From Caldisericia bacterium (GTDB taxonomy: Bacteria; Caldisericota; Caldisericia; JAAYUI01), in assembly GCA_963674785.1 (NCBI GenBank), contig OY771555.1, forward strand, positions 1,568,001 to 1,632,000: 64,000 bases of DNA, written 5' to 3'. The notes under the pieces were generated by a model, which saw only the letters and a list, made by a program, of their open reading frames with translations, did no database searches and was not told where the DNA came from. Shown piece by piece: positions 21,310 to 31,857 of the stretch (positions are counted from its first letter, which is position 1; every line of letters begins with the position of its first letter). The position numbers and the translations under genes were made by a program.

Positions 21310-23688
21310 ATGAAGTTTGAAAGATACACTGATGAATCAAGGGAGATTCTGAGTGATTCCCATCAAGTATTGAATAGGTATGGTAATCGAGAGCTAGACT
21401 CCGAGCATGTTATGGTTGCGATGCTCGAACGAGATGGAGTTGTAAGAGACATCATCTCGGAGCTTGGTGCTGGTTGGAAACAGATTTTAAATTCGATCGA
21501 AAAAATACTCGCAAAAACCTCAAAATCATACGGATCATCATCTGATCAGGTATATATAACCCCTCGAGCAAAATCTATGTTTGATTCTGCAGAAAAAGAA
21601 GCGGATTCTCTTGGGGATGAGTATGTTGCACCAGAACATATTCTGATTGCTATGACACAAGATACAAGAGACATTGGTAGAATTCTTGAATCAAATGGAA
21701 TTGATAAAGAAAAAATTCTCCAAGTAATTGCAACTATCAGGGGAGGGGATTCGAAAGCTCCAGGCGGAAAGGATTCTGCTCTTGGAAAATATGCGATAAA
21801 TCTCACAGAGAAAGCAAAGAAGGGTAAACTTGACCCTGTAATTGGCAGGAAAAATGAGATTGAAAGATGTCTTGAGGTTTTATCGAGGAGAACAAAGAAT
21901 AATCCTGTTTTGATTGGTGAAGCAGGTGTTGGAAAAACAGCGATTGTTGAAGGTATCGCCCAAAGGATTATTGATGGGAAAGTTCCCGTTTCCATGCGTA
22001 ACATTCAGATCTACTCACTTGATATGGGTGCTCTTGTTGCGGGGACAAAGTTTAGAGGAGAGTTTGAGGAACGTCTCAAGGCTGTTATTGACGAGGTGAA
22101 AGCCTCCTCAGGGAAAATAATCCTTTTCATTGATGAGCTTCATCTTGTGATGGGAGCAGGTGCAGGCGAAGGTGCTATGGATGCCTCAAATCTTCTTAAA
22201 CCCGCTCTTGCAAGAGGAGAACTCCATTGCATCGGTGCAACAACAACTGATGAGTACACCAAGTATATTGAAAAAGATTCCGCCCTTGAGAGAAGATTTC
22301 AACCCGTGATGACTCCAGAGCCAACAGTTTCCGAAACAATTGAAATTCTTAAGGGTCTTCGTGACAAATATGAGTCTCATCATGAAGTAAAAATTACAGA
22401 TTCAGCACTTGAAGCAGCCGCAAAGCTTTCTGCGAGATATATAACGAATAGGTTTTTGCCTGACAAAGCGATTGACTTGATTGATGAGTCGTCAGCAAAA
22501 ATAAGGGTAGCAAAGGAGTCTCAACCGTCACTCGAGCTTGACTCTCTCAAAAAGGAGATGGATAGACTTGAGCGTGAGGCAAAAGCTTCCGCATCCTCTG
22601 GCGATAATGAAAAATCAGCAAAGTGTATTGCTCAGTATGAGGAAAAAAGAAAAGAGTATCTTGAGCTTGACTCTCATATTCAAAGGGAGGTAAGTGTTTC
22701 AGAGGTTGTTGATGCTGATGTGATTGCAAAAACCGTTTCAAGATGGACGGGAATTCCAGTTTCATCAATGACAGAAAGTCAGCAGGAAAAACTTCTGAAA
22801 CTTGAGAGGAGACTTCATCAGAGAGTCATAGGGCAGGATGAGGCGGTTATTGCTGTTTCTCAATCAATCAGGAGATCGCGAGCAGGACTTTCTGATCCCA
22901 ACAAACCAATTGGCTCATTCCTTTTTCTTGGCCCAACAGGTGTCGGAAAAACTGAACTTGCAAAGAGTTTAGCAGAACTTCTTTTTGATGATGAATCGGC
23001 GATGACTCGAATCGACATGTCTGAATATCAAGAAAAACATACTGTTTCAAGATTGATTGGTGCGCCTCCTGGATATGTTGGTTATGAACAGGGAGGGCAA
23101 CTTACAGAAGTTGTGAGGAAAAAACCTTACCAGGTGATCCTTTTTGATGAGGTAGAAAAAGCTCATGCCGAGATTTTTAATGTGTTCCTTCAGCTTCTTG
23201 ATGACGGTAGGTTGACAGATGGGCAAGGAAGGACAATTGATTTTAGAAATACAATAATCATCTTAACAAGTAATCTTGGTTCAAATCTAGTTTCTTCAGA
23301 TGATGATTATGAAACAATGAAATCAACCTATATGGATTCAGTTAAATCTCATTTCAGACCCGAATTTGTCAATAGACTTGATGAGATCATTGTTTTTACA
23401 CATCTTTCAAAAAATGAGCTGAAAGAAATTGTTTCATTGCAAATTGATCAACTTAGTAAGAAACTACATGAAAGAAAAATACAGCTAGAAATAACCGATG
23501 ATGCAAAGCTTTTGCTTGCTGAACTTGGGTATTCTGTTGTGTATGGTGCAAGACCATTAAAACGAGTCATTCAAAACAGAATTGAGAATCCTCTCTCTGA
23601 GATGATTTTAAGAAACGAAGTTAGAGAAGGAGACACGGTTTCTGTTTCTGAAGAAGATGGAAACTTTCAGTTTGACTGTGGAGGTTAG
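21310..23688 (+). CDS. Class I Clp ATPase (ClpC/ClpB family; short middle domain)
   Basis: Clp N-repeats, [40 protein letters not shown]. Confidence 0.93.
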   Translation: MKFERYTDESREILSDSHQVLNRYGNRELDSEHVMVAMLERDGVVRDIISELGAGWKQILNSIEKILAKTSKSYGSSSDQVYITPRAKSMFDSAEKEADSLGDEYVAPEHILIAMTQDTRDIGRILESNGIDKEKILQVIATIRGGDSKAPGGKDSALGKYAINLTEKAKKGKLDPVIGRKNEIERCLEVLSRRTKNNPVLIGEAGVGKTAIVEGIAQRIIDGKVPVSMRNIQIYSLDMGALVAGTKFRGEFEERLKAVIDEVKASSGKIILFIDELHLVMGAGAGEGAMDASNLLKPALARGELHCIGATTTDEYTKYIEKDSALERRFQPVMTPEPTVSETIEILKGLRDKYESHHEVKITDSALEAAAKLSARYITNRFLPDKAIDLIDESSAKIRVAKESQPSLELDSLKKEMDRLEREAKASASSGDNEKSAKCIAQYEEKRKEYLELDSHIQREVSVSEVVDADVIAKTVSRWTGIPVSSMTESQQEKLLKLERRLHQRVIGQDEAVIAVSQSIRRSRAGLSDPNKPIGSFLFLGPTGVGKTELAKSLAELLFDDESAMTRIDMSEYQEKHTVSRLIGAPPGYVGYEQGGQLTEVVRKKPYQVILFDEVEKAHAEIFNVFLQLLDDGRLTDGQGRTIDFRNTIIILTSNLGSNLVSSDDDYETMKSTYMDSVKSHFRPEFVNRLDEIIVFTHLSKNELKEIVSLQIDQLSKKLHERKIQLEITDDAKLLLAELGYSVVYGARPLKRVIQNRIENPLSEMILRNEVREGDTVSVSEEDGNFQFDCGG

Positions 23689-23691
23689 GAT

Positions 23692-24228
23692 ATGGTGTTT
23701 ATCGACAAAAAAGGAAGATTGTTTGGAAAGCTGAACATTATCGACCTGGTTGTAATTCTTGTGATTATTTTTGGGCTCTATTGGGCAGGTTCGAAGGTTT
23801 ATTCAAGATACTTTGGTCCTGAAGAAGCTGGAGATAGATACCGAGTTGTTTTGAGAGCCGAAAATGTTCATCCTGAAATGGTTGACTCAATAAAGGCCGG
23901 TTACAAGCTTGTTGAACGTTCTGGAAAAATTATTGGCAATGTTGACTCAGAACCAGTATTAAAAGATGCAATGGTTTATGTCCGAACTCCACAGGGAACA
24001 ATTGAAGGCTCAACCGCACAGATAGTTGTTGAAGACAGTGTTCAACCAAAGCTTAAAGATATGGATATTGAACTTATTGTGAACTCTCCGAAAGGTGCAA
24101 GGCTGAAGTACAATACCCAAAATGTTCTTGTTGGATCAAGAATAGAATACGATTTTGTCCAAGAAGGAAGTATGCTTGGGGCACACCTTAGGTGTCTGTG
24201 TGTTTCAATGACCCAATTGGAGAGATAA
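23692..24228 (+). CDS. DUF4330-like membrane-anchored protein
   Basis: IDKKGRLFGKLNIIDL N-terminal signature followed by a TM. Confidence 0.75.
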   Translation: MVFIDKKGRLFGKLNIIDLVVILVIIFGLYWAGSKVYSRYFGPEEAGDRYRVVLRAENVHPEMVDSIKAGYKLVERSGKIIGNVDSEPVLKDAMVYVRTPQGTIEGSTAQIVVEDSVQPKLKDMDIELIVNSPKGARLKYNTQNVLVGSRIEYDFVQEGSMLGAHLRCLCVSMTQLER

Positions 24229-24229
24229 T

Positions 24230-25780
24230 ATGAATACCAGAAAACTCCTCCAGGATATTGGAGTTGTTTCGATAGTTCTTGCAGGAGCAAGAATTCTGGG
24301 ATTTGTAAGAGTTACGCTTATTGTACCTCATTTTGGATTCAAGAATGCTTTGGATGCTTGGAATATTGCTTCTTCAGTTCCAATGACCCTTACAATCCTT
24401 CTAACGGCGGGAATTCTTTCGATAGTTTTTATTCCAATCTTTACGAAATACGTAATTAAGTCTGAATATAAAGCTCTATCCAGGCTAATTGGGGTTTTGA
24501 TAAATATTGTTTCAATTGGTTTCTCAATAATAGTGTTGCTTGGTATAATTTTTGCGAAACCGATTATTTTGCTTCTGACAAGACCAGATACTCCACCTGA
24601 GACGATAACCATTGCAGTTAGGTTATTCAGGATTATGATGCCGACATTTTTACTTTCTGCTTGGTCGGGATTACTTACTGCAATTCATCATTCATTTCAA
24701 AGATTTGTCCTTCCCGCGATTGGCGGACTTTTTGTCAATGTGGCTATTGTGGCTTCATTTTTCCTTTTTAAGGGATCATTAGGTATTGATTCATTGGCAT
24801 GGGGTTTTTTAGTTGGATCGATCTTCCAGCTGATTGTTCAATTCCCAGGAATACTTGGAAAAAACCTTAAGCTAGATCTCAATTTTGATATGCGACATCC
24901 TGCTTTGATTGGAATTGGGTCTCTCATTATCCCAGTCATTTTAACATCTAGCATTAATCATATTCGATTTTTCTTTGAAAAATACTTGTTGAGTACAACC
25001 ATTGGCGCAGTATCTGCGTATAGTACTGCATGGAGGGTCAGCCAACTTCCACTTTCTATATTTGTTATGACTATCTCCGCAATTATCTTTCCACAGTTTG
25101 CTGAGTCTGTTGCAAAGAATCAACCAGATGCTTTGAAACAGAATATCTTGTGGGGATTAAAGATGATCTCCTATATTATCATCCCTGCAGGAATAGGAAT
25201 ACTTGTTCTTGCTGAGCCTATTTCTATTACCTTGTTTATGAGAGGAGCAGCAAACTATGAGTCTATAATGAAAATGGTGCCTCCACTTGCAATTTTTGCT
25301 GTCGGACTCTTACCTTGGTCTTTTACTCAGGTATTTTTGAAGGTTTTTTATTCGCTTGGAGATGTGAAAACTCCTGTTTGGATAGCAAGTATTGTTCTAC
25401 CATGCTTTATTGGGCTTGAGTATTTCTTTATTAGATGGGGTATCATAGGTGTAGCAATTGGAACGGTTCTAGCTGCATTTTTGAGTGTTTTGCTTCAAGG
25501 TGTTATGGTTCGGAAAAAGATCGGAAACTTTGGACTTACGTCGCTTTTAATATCGATGATAAAGATAACAATTTCATCGTTAGCTATGGGTGGTGTGGTT
25601 TTCTTCCTTCACCAAAGAGCATATTTATTGGTTAACATGGACTCAAATACTGGTCGTATTGTTGCTCTAACATTCGTGATTGTTATTGGTGTTTTGGTTT
25701 ATATTGGTTCGATGTATTTGATTAACAGAAAAGAATTCACAGAGATGCTTGGAAGTTTTAGAAGAAGAAATTCGGCATGA
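24230..25780 (+). CDS. murJ: MurJ/MviN-family lipid II or polysaccharide flippase
   Basis: ARILGFVR, SIVFIPIF, RVSQLPL, FYSLGDVKTP; many TMs. Confidence 0.85.
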   Translation: MNTRKLLQDIGVVSIVLAGARILGFVRVTLIVPHFGFKNALDAWNIASSVPMTLTILLTAGILSIVFIPIFTKYVIKSEYKALSRLIGVLINIVSIGFSIIVLLGIIFAKPIILLLTRPDTPPETITIAVRLFRIMMPTFLLSAWSGLLTAIHHSFQRFVLPAIGGLFVNVAIVASFFLFKGSLGIDSLAWGFLVGSIFQLIVQFPGILGKNLKLDLNFDMRHPALIGIGSLIIPVILTSSINHIRFFFEKYLLSTTIGAVSAYSTAWRVSQLPLSIFVMTISAIIFPQFAESVAKNQPDALKQNILWGLKMISYIIIPAGIGILVLAEPISITLFMRGAANYESIMKMVPPLAIFAVGLLPWSFTQVFLKVFYSLGDVKTPVWIASIVLPCFIGLEYFFIRWGIIGVAIGTVLAAFLSVLLQGVMVRKKIGNFGLTSLLISMIKITISSLAMGGVVFFLHQRAYLLVNMDSNTGRIVALTFVIVIGVLVYIGSMYLINRKEFTEMLGSFRRRNSA

Positions 25781-26781
25781 CAAGAACAAAGCTAAAAAAA
25801 AGAAAGAGAAAATCGATAATTCCAATTGTTATTATCTTTCTTATCATGTTTCTTTTTGTTGGAGTTGTTTATGCCACAAACATAATCTGGAATACATTGC
25901 TTGCCACGAAGGTGACAGAATATATCAGCAGGTCAGAACCATTCAACATTAATGAAAGGATGAACCTGGTATTGTTGGCAATCGATGCCCCAACACTTCA
26001 AGAGCCGGCAAGAGCTGACAGCATCAAGATTGTTTCACTTGACCCAAAAGAATACACCATGAATATGATGACGATTCCAAGGGATTCCTATGTTGCTCCT
26101 GCTGGTTTTAGACCTGATGACAGAATAAAGATTAACGCAATAAACAATCCTGCAGTCAATTCAAAATATGGAACAGATATGTTGCTTGAGACCATTGAAG
26201 AGCTACTTGGTATAAAAGTACATGGCTTTGTGAAAATCAATTTCAATGGATTTATTGATGTTATTGACTCGATTGGTGGGATTGATTTCTATATCGAAAA
26301 TGAGATGCACTACAAGGATAGTGTAGACGGGTATCTAATTGATCTTCCCAGTGGTTTTCACCATCTGAATGGGTCAATGGCACTCCAATATGTTCGTTTT
26401 AGAAGTGACAAATACGCTGATTGGGCTGCCTGGGAAGGCGAAGTTAAAGGAAGAAGTGCGAGACAAACAAAGTTTGTAAAAGCAATAATCAAAGAGATGA
26501 CAAAACCATCAAACTGGGGAAAGATACCAACTGCAGTTGGTGTTGTTATGGAAAATATCCAGACAGATATTCCTATGGAAGAGATATATACTTTTGCTGA
26601 GATTCTCAGACATGTTGATACTGAATCTATAAAAGATGTTGCATTTTCTGGAAAACCAGGATATGTCCCATCGTTCTACTATAAAAATGGTCAAAAAGTT
26701 GATTTCAATATGAGCGTTATTCTTCCGAATCTGAATGAATTAAAAAACCTTGGACAGGAGTATTTTTCTGATGAGCAATAA
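25777..26781 (+). CDS. LytR-CpsA-Psr (LCP) family cell-wall phosphotransferase
   Basis: RADS, TIPRDSYV, KINA, ALQYVRFR, RSARQ. Confidence 0.9.
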   Translation: MTRTKLKKRKRKSIIPIVIIFLIMFLFVGVVYATNIIWNTLLATKVTEYISRSEPFNINERMNLVLLAIDAPTLQEPARADSIKIVSLDPKEYTMNMMTIPRDSYVAPAGFRPDDRIKINAINNPAVNSKYGTDMLLETIEELLGIKVHGFVKINFNGFIDVIDSIGGIDFYIENEMHYKDSVDGYLIDLPSGFHHLNGSMALQYVRFRSDKYADWAAWEGEVKGRSARQTKFVKAIIKEMTKPSNWGKIPTAVGVVMENIQTDIPMEEIYTFAEILRHVDTESIKDVAFSGKPGYVPSFYYKNGQKVDFNMSVILPNLNELKNLGQEYFSDEQ

Positions 26782-27316
26782 TTGGTGGAAGGGAAGCGTT
26801 TTATATAGACTTCTTAAAGCTTTTTGGGATTATGTAAATGATTCTGTTTCTGCAAAAATCCTTAACAAGATAATGAAGGTTTGGGATGGAATTGTATCTG
26901 GAAGTGTTGCTGTTTCCTGGATTACTGGAGAAGAGCTCGGTTGGAAACCAGTTGCCGCAAGAAAGGGTTTTTTGGGCGGAATTGTTTATTCTCTTTGGTG
27001 TAAGTTTCTTGGATTCCTAAGAATTCTCTTTGGACGTGATTCTTCATTCCAAAAATCTTTTTTTGTAACTGCAATAAAGAAAGTGTCAGAGTTTGCTCAC
27101 GAATCTCCATTTTCAGCTGTTGGAATTTTTTGCGCCGGATTTTTTGGGACATATGGTGTTTTAAAGATGACCATTATTGGTGGGTCGAAACAAGAAATAC
27201 TCTTCCTTGTGGTTTGTTTCATTGTTTCTGTATTGATAATGTTTATCAGAGCTCCATACAAAGAATTGGTCGAAGGAAGCTGGTTTCTTAAACGCCTTCA
27301 GGAGATTGATGACTGA
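26771..27316 (+). CDS. Hypothetical membrane protein
   Basis: ORF coupled to both neighbours; Trp-rich with C-terminal TMs. Confidence 0.6.
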   Translation: MSNNWWKGSVLYRLLKAFWDYVNDSVSAKILNKIMKVWDGIVSGSVAVSWITGEELGWKPVAARKGFLGGIVYSLWCKFLGFLRILFGRDSSFQKSFFVTAIKKVSEFAHESPFSAVGIFCAGFFGTYGVLKMTIIGGSKQEILFLVVCFIVSVLIMFIRAPYKELVEGSWFLKRLQEIDD

Positions 27317-28665
27317 TGTTTAAGAAAGAATGGATTGGATTGGTGCTTGTTGCTGCAGGAATTTTGCTTGCAGTGCTTCTTGCTTTTTTTGATACCTTCA
27401 TTGTTGTTGGTCTTGTAGGAGCAACAACGGTTTTTGCAGTTGTCATGTGGAAACTTGAAATCGGAATCTCGGTTCTTACTTTTGCTGTCATTGCTGACAG
27501 TTTTTTCAGGTCAATGGGTGGACTTGGCGGATTATGGGATGAGCTGTTTTTCATTCTTGCCATCGTTTCACTTATCTGGAGATTTGCAAAAGAAGAAAGA
27601 ATTGACTTTAATCCTACAGGACTCTGGTGGGGTGTTGCAGGATTTTTTGTTGTTGCGTTGATTTCAGGATTCACATCAACTCTACCCTATGGTCATATCG
27701 TAACTGCTATTAGGTCTGTGATTCAGGGAGCAATTATCTATTTTGTGATTGTGAATGCTAATTTTGATAGAAAAACAATTCTCCATTTGATTTCGACACT
27801 TATTCTTTGTGGAGTAATAGCAGCTCTCTATGCTGTTTACCAGAAGATGACGGGAATGTTTACACCTCAAGAATGGCTTGATGTTGAAGAGATTGTAAAT
27901 GTCACAAGGGCAACTAGTTTCACGGGAAGCCCGAATGCAACAGCTGGTTTTTTAGCATTACTTGTTCCACCTGCTGTTGCCATGACCCTTAAGGTTAAAA
28001 GATTCTGGGCTAAAATCATTTGGGCTGGGATGTTCTTCGCACTTATTCTTGGACTCTATGCTACGCTCAATAGGGCTGCGTGGATCGGTCTTGCCGTTGG
28101 TCTTGTAGTACTTGCGATTGCTGCAGGCAAAAGATGGTGGATTTGGGTTATGTCCATTATGGTCGTTGGGTTAATTATTTTACTTCCTGGGTTAAAAGAA
28201 AGATTCATTAGCATGTTTTCTGAGGATTTTGCCTGGAGAAATGTCACATATGGACGAGGATTCAGATGGAGTACTGCAATGGAGATATTCAAGAAACATC
28301 CGTTTTTTGGTATAGGTCCAGGTGGTTTTGGTGGAGCAGTTGCATATGGAATACAGGCATTTGGCGGATTATACGTTGACAACTACTATTTGCTGACTCT
28401 TTCTAGTTATGGTTTAGCAGGTTTTGGAATGTTCCTGTTTATGCTGGTTTCTAACATCAGAGAAGCATTCAAAGGTCTAAAAAATGCAATATCTTCCGAT
28501 CGTTTACTTGTAGCTGGGCTTATCGGTGGTATGGTTGCGTTTATGATTCACCTGGTTGCAGAGAATTTATGGCAGATAACGCCGCTAGTGATTAGCTTTT
28601 GGCTGATTTCTGCGTTCGCTTTTGCTCTGGGTAAAACAAAAAGAGAGGAACATGAAAGTTTCTAA
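27316..28665 (+). CDS. O-antigen ligase/polymerase-like (Wzy_C) membrane protein
   Basis: RATSFTGSPN, TLNRAAWIG, R..W...HPFFGIGPGGF, DNYY. Confidence 0.85.
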   Translation: MFKKEWIGLVLVAAGILLAVLLAFFDTFIVVGLVGATTVFAVVMWKLEIGISVLTFAVIADSFFRSMGGLGGLWDELFFILAIVSLIWRFAKEERIDFNPTGLWWGVAGFFVVALISGFTSTLPYGHIVTAIRSVIQGAIIYFVIVNANFDRKTILHLISTLILCGVIAALYAVYQKMTGMFTPQEWLDVEEIVNVTRATSFTGSPNATAGFLALLVPPAVAMTLKVKRFWAKIIWAGMFFALILGLYATLNRAAWIGLAVGLVVLAIAAGKRWWIWVMSIMVVGLIILLPGLKERFISMFSEDFAWRNVTYGRGFRWSTAMEIFKKHPFFGIGPGGFGGAVAYGIQAFGGLYVDNYYLLTLSSYGLAGFGMFLFMLVSNIREAFKGLKNAISSDRLLVAGLIGGMVAFMIHLVAENLWQITPLVISFWLISAFAFALGKTKREEHESF

Positions 28666-28761
28666 AGAAGACCATGATAAACCCCCACTTAGGGGTTCCT
28701 CATTAAAAGTTATCGGTTTTATTAAAAGTTTTATCATCATCTCTCCTGTGAGGTACCAGGC

Positions 28762-29613
28762 ATGAATATTGAAAAAACTATTCTTGCTCTAAAACAATAT
28801 TGGAGCAACCAGGGTTGTCTCATCTCAGAACCATTTGATATTGAAGTTGGTGCAGGAACAATGGTTCCCAAAAGTTTTTTTGGAGCTCTTCATCCCACAA
28901 CTTGGAAGGTTGGGTATGTTCAACCATCAAGAAGACCAGCGGATGGTAGATATGGTGACAACCCTTACAGATTCTATATCCACCATCAATTCCAAGTGAT
29001 TTTGAAACCTCCGCCAGAAAACATTCAGGATTTATATCTTGAATCTCTCAAGGTTTTTGGAATCAACTATGAAGAACATGATATGCGATTCATTGAAGAC
29101 AACTGGGAATCTCCAACCCTTGGTGCAGGTGGTGTTGGTTGGGAAGTTTGGATGGATGGTCAAGAGGTAACCCAGTTTACATATTTCCAACAGGTTGGTG
29201 GAATCCAACTTGAAATACCGGCTGTAGAGATTACATACGGTATCGAAAGATTGACAATGTATTCTGAGGGAATCGAAAATGGGTTTGATCTCAAGTGGAA
29301 TGATAATGTCACATATGGAGATTTGAGGAAAAAAGAAGAGTATGAGCTCTGCAGATATGCCTTTGATGTTGCAGATATCCCATCTCTTCGAACCCTTTTT
29401 GACATCTGTGAAAAAGAAGCTGGAAGATGTGCTGATGAGGGATTGATTATTCCGTCATATGAGTTTGCTTTGAAGTGTTCACATTTTTTCAACATGCTTG
29501 ATGCAAGAGGAGCTGTCTCTGTTTCTGAAAGAGCCATCATGATTAAACGTGTGAGAGATATGACAAGCAGATGTGCAAGGCTTTATGTTGAGAGGGAGGC
29601 GAAAGATGAGTAA
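28762..29613 (+). CDS. glyQ: Glycyl-tRNA synthetase alpha subunit
   Basis: EVGAGT, QPSRRPADGRYGDNP, EDNWESPTLGA, TQFTYFQQ. Confidence 0.97.
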   Translation: MNIEKTILALKQYWSNQGCLISEPFDIEVGAGTMVPKSFFGALHPTTWKVGYVQPSRRPADGRYGDNPYRFYIHHQFQVILKPPPENIQDLYLESLKVFGINYEEHDMRFIEDNWESPTLGAGGVGWEVWMDGQEVTQFTYFQQVGGIQLEIPAVEITYGIERLTMYSEGIENGFDLKWNDNVTYGDLRKKEEYELCRYAFDVADIPSLRTLFDICEKEAGRCADEGLIIPSYEFALKCSHFFNMLDARGAVSVSERAIMIKRVRDMTSRCARLYVEREAKDE

Positions 29614-31648
29614 TCTCCTTATCGAAATCGGGACAGAAGAACTTCCAGCAAACCAGATTAAAAAAGCAATATCCCATATCAGGGGCAGTTTTGAAAAAAT
29701 ATTGAATGAATCGGGTTTGACTTTTTCAAGTATCAAAGAATATGCAACTCCAAGAAGACTTGGTCTATTTATCACAGATGTTTCTGACCAAGGACCAGAT
29801 ACCGAGAAAGAACTTAAGGGGCCACCAAAAAAGATTTGTTTTGATAAAGATGGAAACCCAAGCAAAGCCCTGGAAGGTTTTTTGAATAAATCAGGAATCA
29901 CAATTGATGATGTTTCCTACAAGATGTTTGGAAAAAACGAAAATGCCGTTGCAAACATCATTGTACCAGGTGTAAAGCTTGCTGATGTTGTCTCCGAGGA
30001 ACTTCCAAAAATAATTCTTTCTTTCCCTCATCCACACTCAATGAAGTGGGATGAAACTGGTGTTTCATGGGTTAGACCAATAAGGTGGATTGTTGCCCTC
30101 AAAGACTCGGAAGTCCTTCCAGTAAAACTCGGTAAAGTTGTATCAGGTAGATTTACAAAATCACCAAGACCAGAAAAAACTTGCGAAATTGAAATCAAAT
30201 CTGCGAATGATTACGAAAAAACCCTTGAATCAATGGGTGTTATTCCCGGGTATCAAGAGAGAAAAGATTTCATATTCAACAAAGCCAATGGTCAGGCAAA
30301 AGAACTTGGACTTGTAATCAAAAGAAATGAAAAGCTCTTGAATGAGCTGGTTGGAATTGTCGAAAGACCATTTGTTGTTACGGGCGAGTTTCCAGTGGAA
30401 TATATCGAGTCAACACCAGACTTGGTTTTAAGGTCAGTGCTTGTTTCAGATCTTAGATTTATTCCGTTTGAAAAACCTGATGGAACTCTTTCAAATAGGT
30501 TTGCTCTCACCATAAATGGTGGCGAGAATCTTGTAAAGACTACCATGGCTGGTGAGATGAAAGTTTTACTTGGAAAACTTTCTGATGCAAAATTCTTCTT
30601 TGAAAAAGACAGACAGAAAAAACTTGAAGATTACAGGGATTCTCTCTCTGGGATTGCTTTTATCAAAGGTCTTGGAACAATTCAAGACAAAACGGAAAGA
30701 CTCGTTAAGATAGCCTCAGACCTTTCCAAATTTTCAGATGAGAATATTGTTGACCTTGTGAAATCCGCGAGCCTTTCAAAACTCGATCTTGCAACATCAC
30801 TTGTCCGAGAACACGATGAGCTTCAAGGCGAAATCGGCGGACTCTATGCCTCGCTTGATGGTGAGAATGGAGAGATTTCAAAGGCGATATCTCAGCACTA
30901 CTTGCCTGCAACAGAAGTTGATATTTTGCCAGAAACAAAAACTGGTTTGATGCTCTCACTTATTGACAAAACTGATTCTCTTGTAAATCTTATTTCTGCT
31001 GGTTCAATTCCAAAAGGTTCTGCTGACCCTCTGGGTGTCAGGAGATTTGCAACAAACATAATCAGAATTCTTGTTGATGGTGAAATAGATGAGAATTTTG
31101 AAGAATTGATTAATGTTTGTCTTGGTTATTCAATCAAAAAATCAGAGACCGCATTTGAAGATATTGTCGCATTTATAAAACCAAGACTCGAGAAACTCCT
31201 TAAAGATAAAGGTCATAGGTATGATGTTGTCAGAGCATCAATCTCTGACAATATTTCAAACATAAAAGATGCCGAAAGAAAATGTATTGCAATTACCGCA
31301 ATATATCAAAAGGATGAATTCGTAAGGATTGTTGAGACTGCAAAACGACTCAAGAATATCCTGAAAGATTGGGATAAAATTGAGTTTGATAATGAGCTAT
31401 TTGAAAATGGCACCGAAAAAGAATTTGCAGCTTCTGCAAAATCAATCTTTGAAAGAATAGATGTTGCTGATTCTTTTGAAAACAAGTTTGATATATTGTT
31501 TGAGCTTGTTGCACCTGCAGATAAGTATTTTGAAGAAATTCTTGTAAACGCAGAAGATGAAAAAATCCGTAATAATAGGAAAAATTTCCTGTCCTGGGTT
31601 TTACTCGGGATGTTCAAAATATCTGATTTCACAGCTATTGCGATATAG
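29606..31648 (+). CDS. glyS: Glycyl-tRNA synthetase beta subunit
   Basis: LIEIGTEELP, TPRRL, WVRPIRWI, GSADPLGVRR; start at ATG 29606 (SD GGGAGG). Confidence 0.95.
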   Translation: MSNLLIEIGTEELPANQIKKAISHIRGSFEKILNESGLTFSSIKEYATPRRLGLFITDVSDQGPDTEKELKGPPKKICFDKDGNPSKALEGFLNKSGITIDDVSYKMFGKNENAVANIIVPGVKLADVVSEELPKIILSFPHPHSMKWDETGVSWVRPIRWIVALKDSEVLPVKLGKVVSGRFTKSPRPEKTCEIEIKSANDYEKTLESMGVIPGYQERKDFIFNKANGQAKELGLVIKRNEKLLNELVGIVERPFVVTGEFPVEYIESTPDLVLRSVLVSDLRFIPFEKPDGTLSNRFALTINGGENLVKTTMAGEMKVLLGKLSDAKFFFEKDRQKKLEDYRDSLSGIAFIKGLGTIQDKTERLVKIASDLSKFSDENIVDLVKSASLSKLDLATSLVREHDELQGEIGGLYASLDGENGEISKAISQHYLPATEVDILPETKTGLMLSLIDKTDSLVNLISAGSIPKGSADPLGVRRFATNIIRILVDGEIDENFEELINVCLGYSIKKSETAFEDIVAFIKPRLEKLLKDKGHRYDVVRASISDNISNIKDAERKCIAITAIYQKDEFVRIVETAKRLKNILKDWDKIEFDNELFENGTEKEFAASAKSIFERIDVADSFENKFDILFELVAPADKYFEEILVNAEDEKIRNNRKNFLSWVLLGMFKISDFTAIAI

Positions 31649-31656
31649 AGGAGATC

Positions 31657-31857
31657 ATGGGTAAGTTTACCGTAGAATTGTTTAGAAGGTTTTGTAAAAA
31701 CTGCATGCTTTGTTTGCATATTTGTCCAAAATCTGTGTTTACCACAAATGAAAGAGCACAGGTTGTTGTAGAGGATAGCAGCAAATGTATTGGATGCAAA
31801 AGATGCACAGAAATCTGTCCTGATTTTGCATTGGAGGTGTCGAAAAATGGCGACTAA
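31657..31857 (+). CDS. korD: 2x[4Fe-4S] ferredoxin, delta subunit of the 2-oxoacid:ferredoxin oxidoreductase
   Basis: Two CxxCxxCxxxCP motifs. Confidence 0.85.
   Translation: MGKFTVELFRRFCKNCMLCLHICPKSVFTTNERAQVVVEDSSKCIGCKRCTEICPDFALEVSKNGD

Noticed and set aside
28666-28761. T-box riboswitch before glyQ (also checked before thrS and metG)
   Set aside because: Leaders are too short and have no TGGNACCGCG-type T-box with terminator
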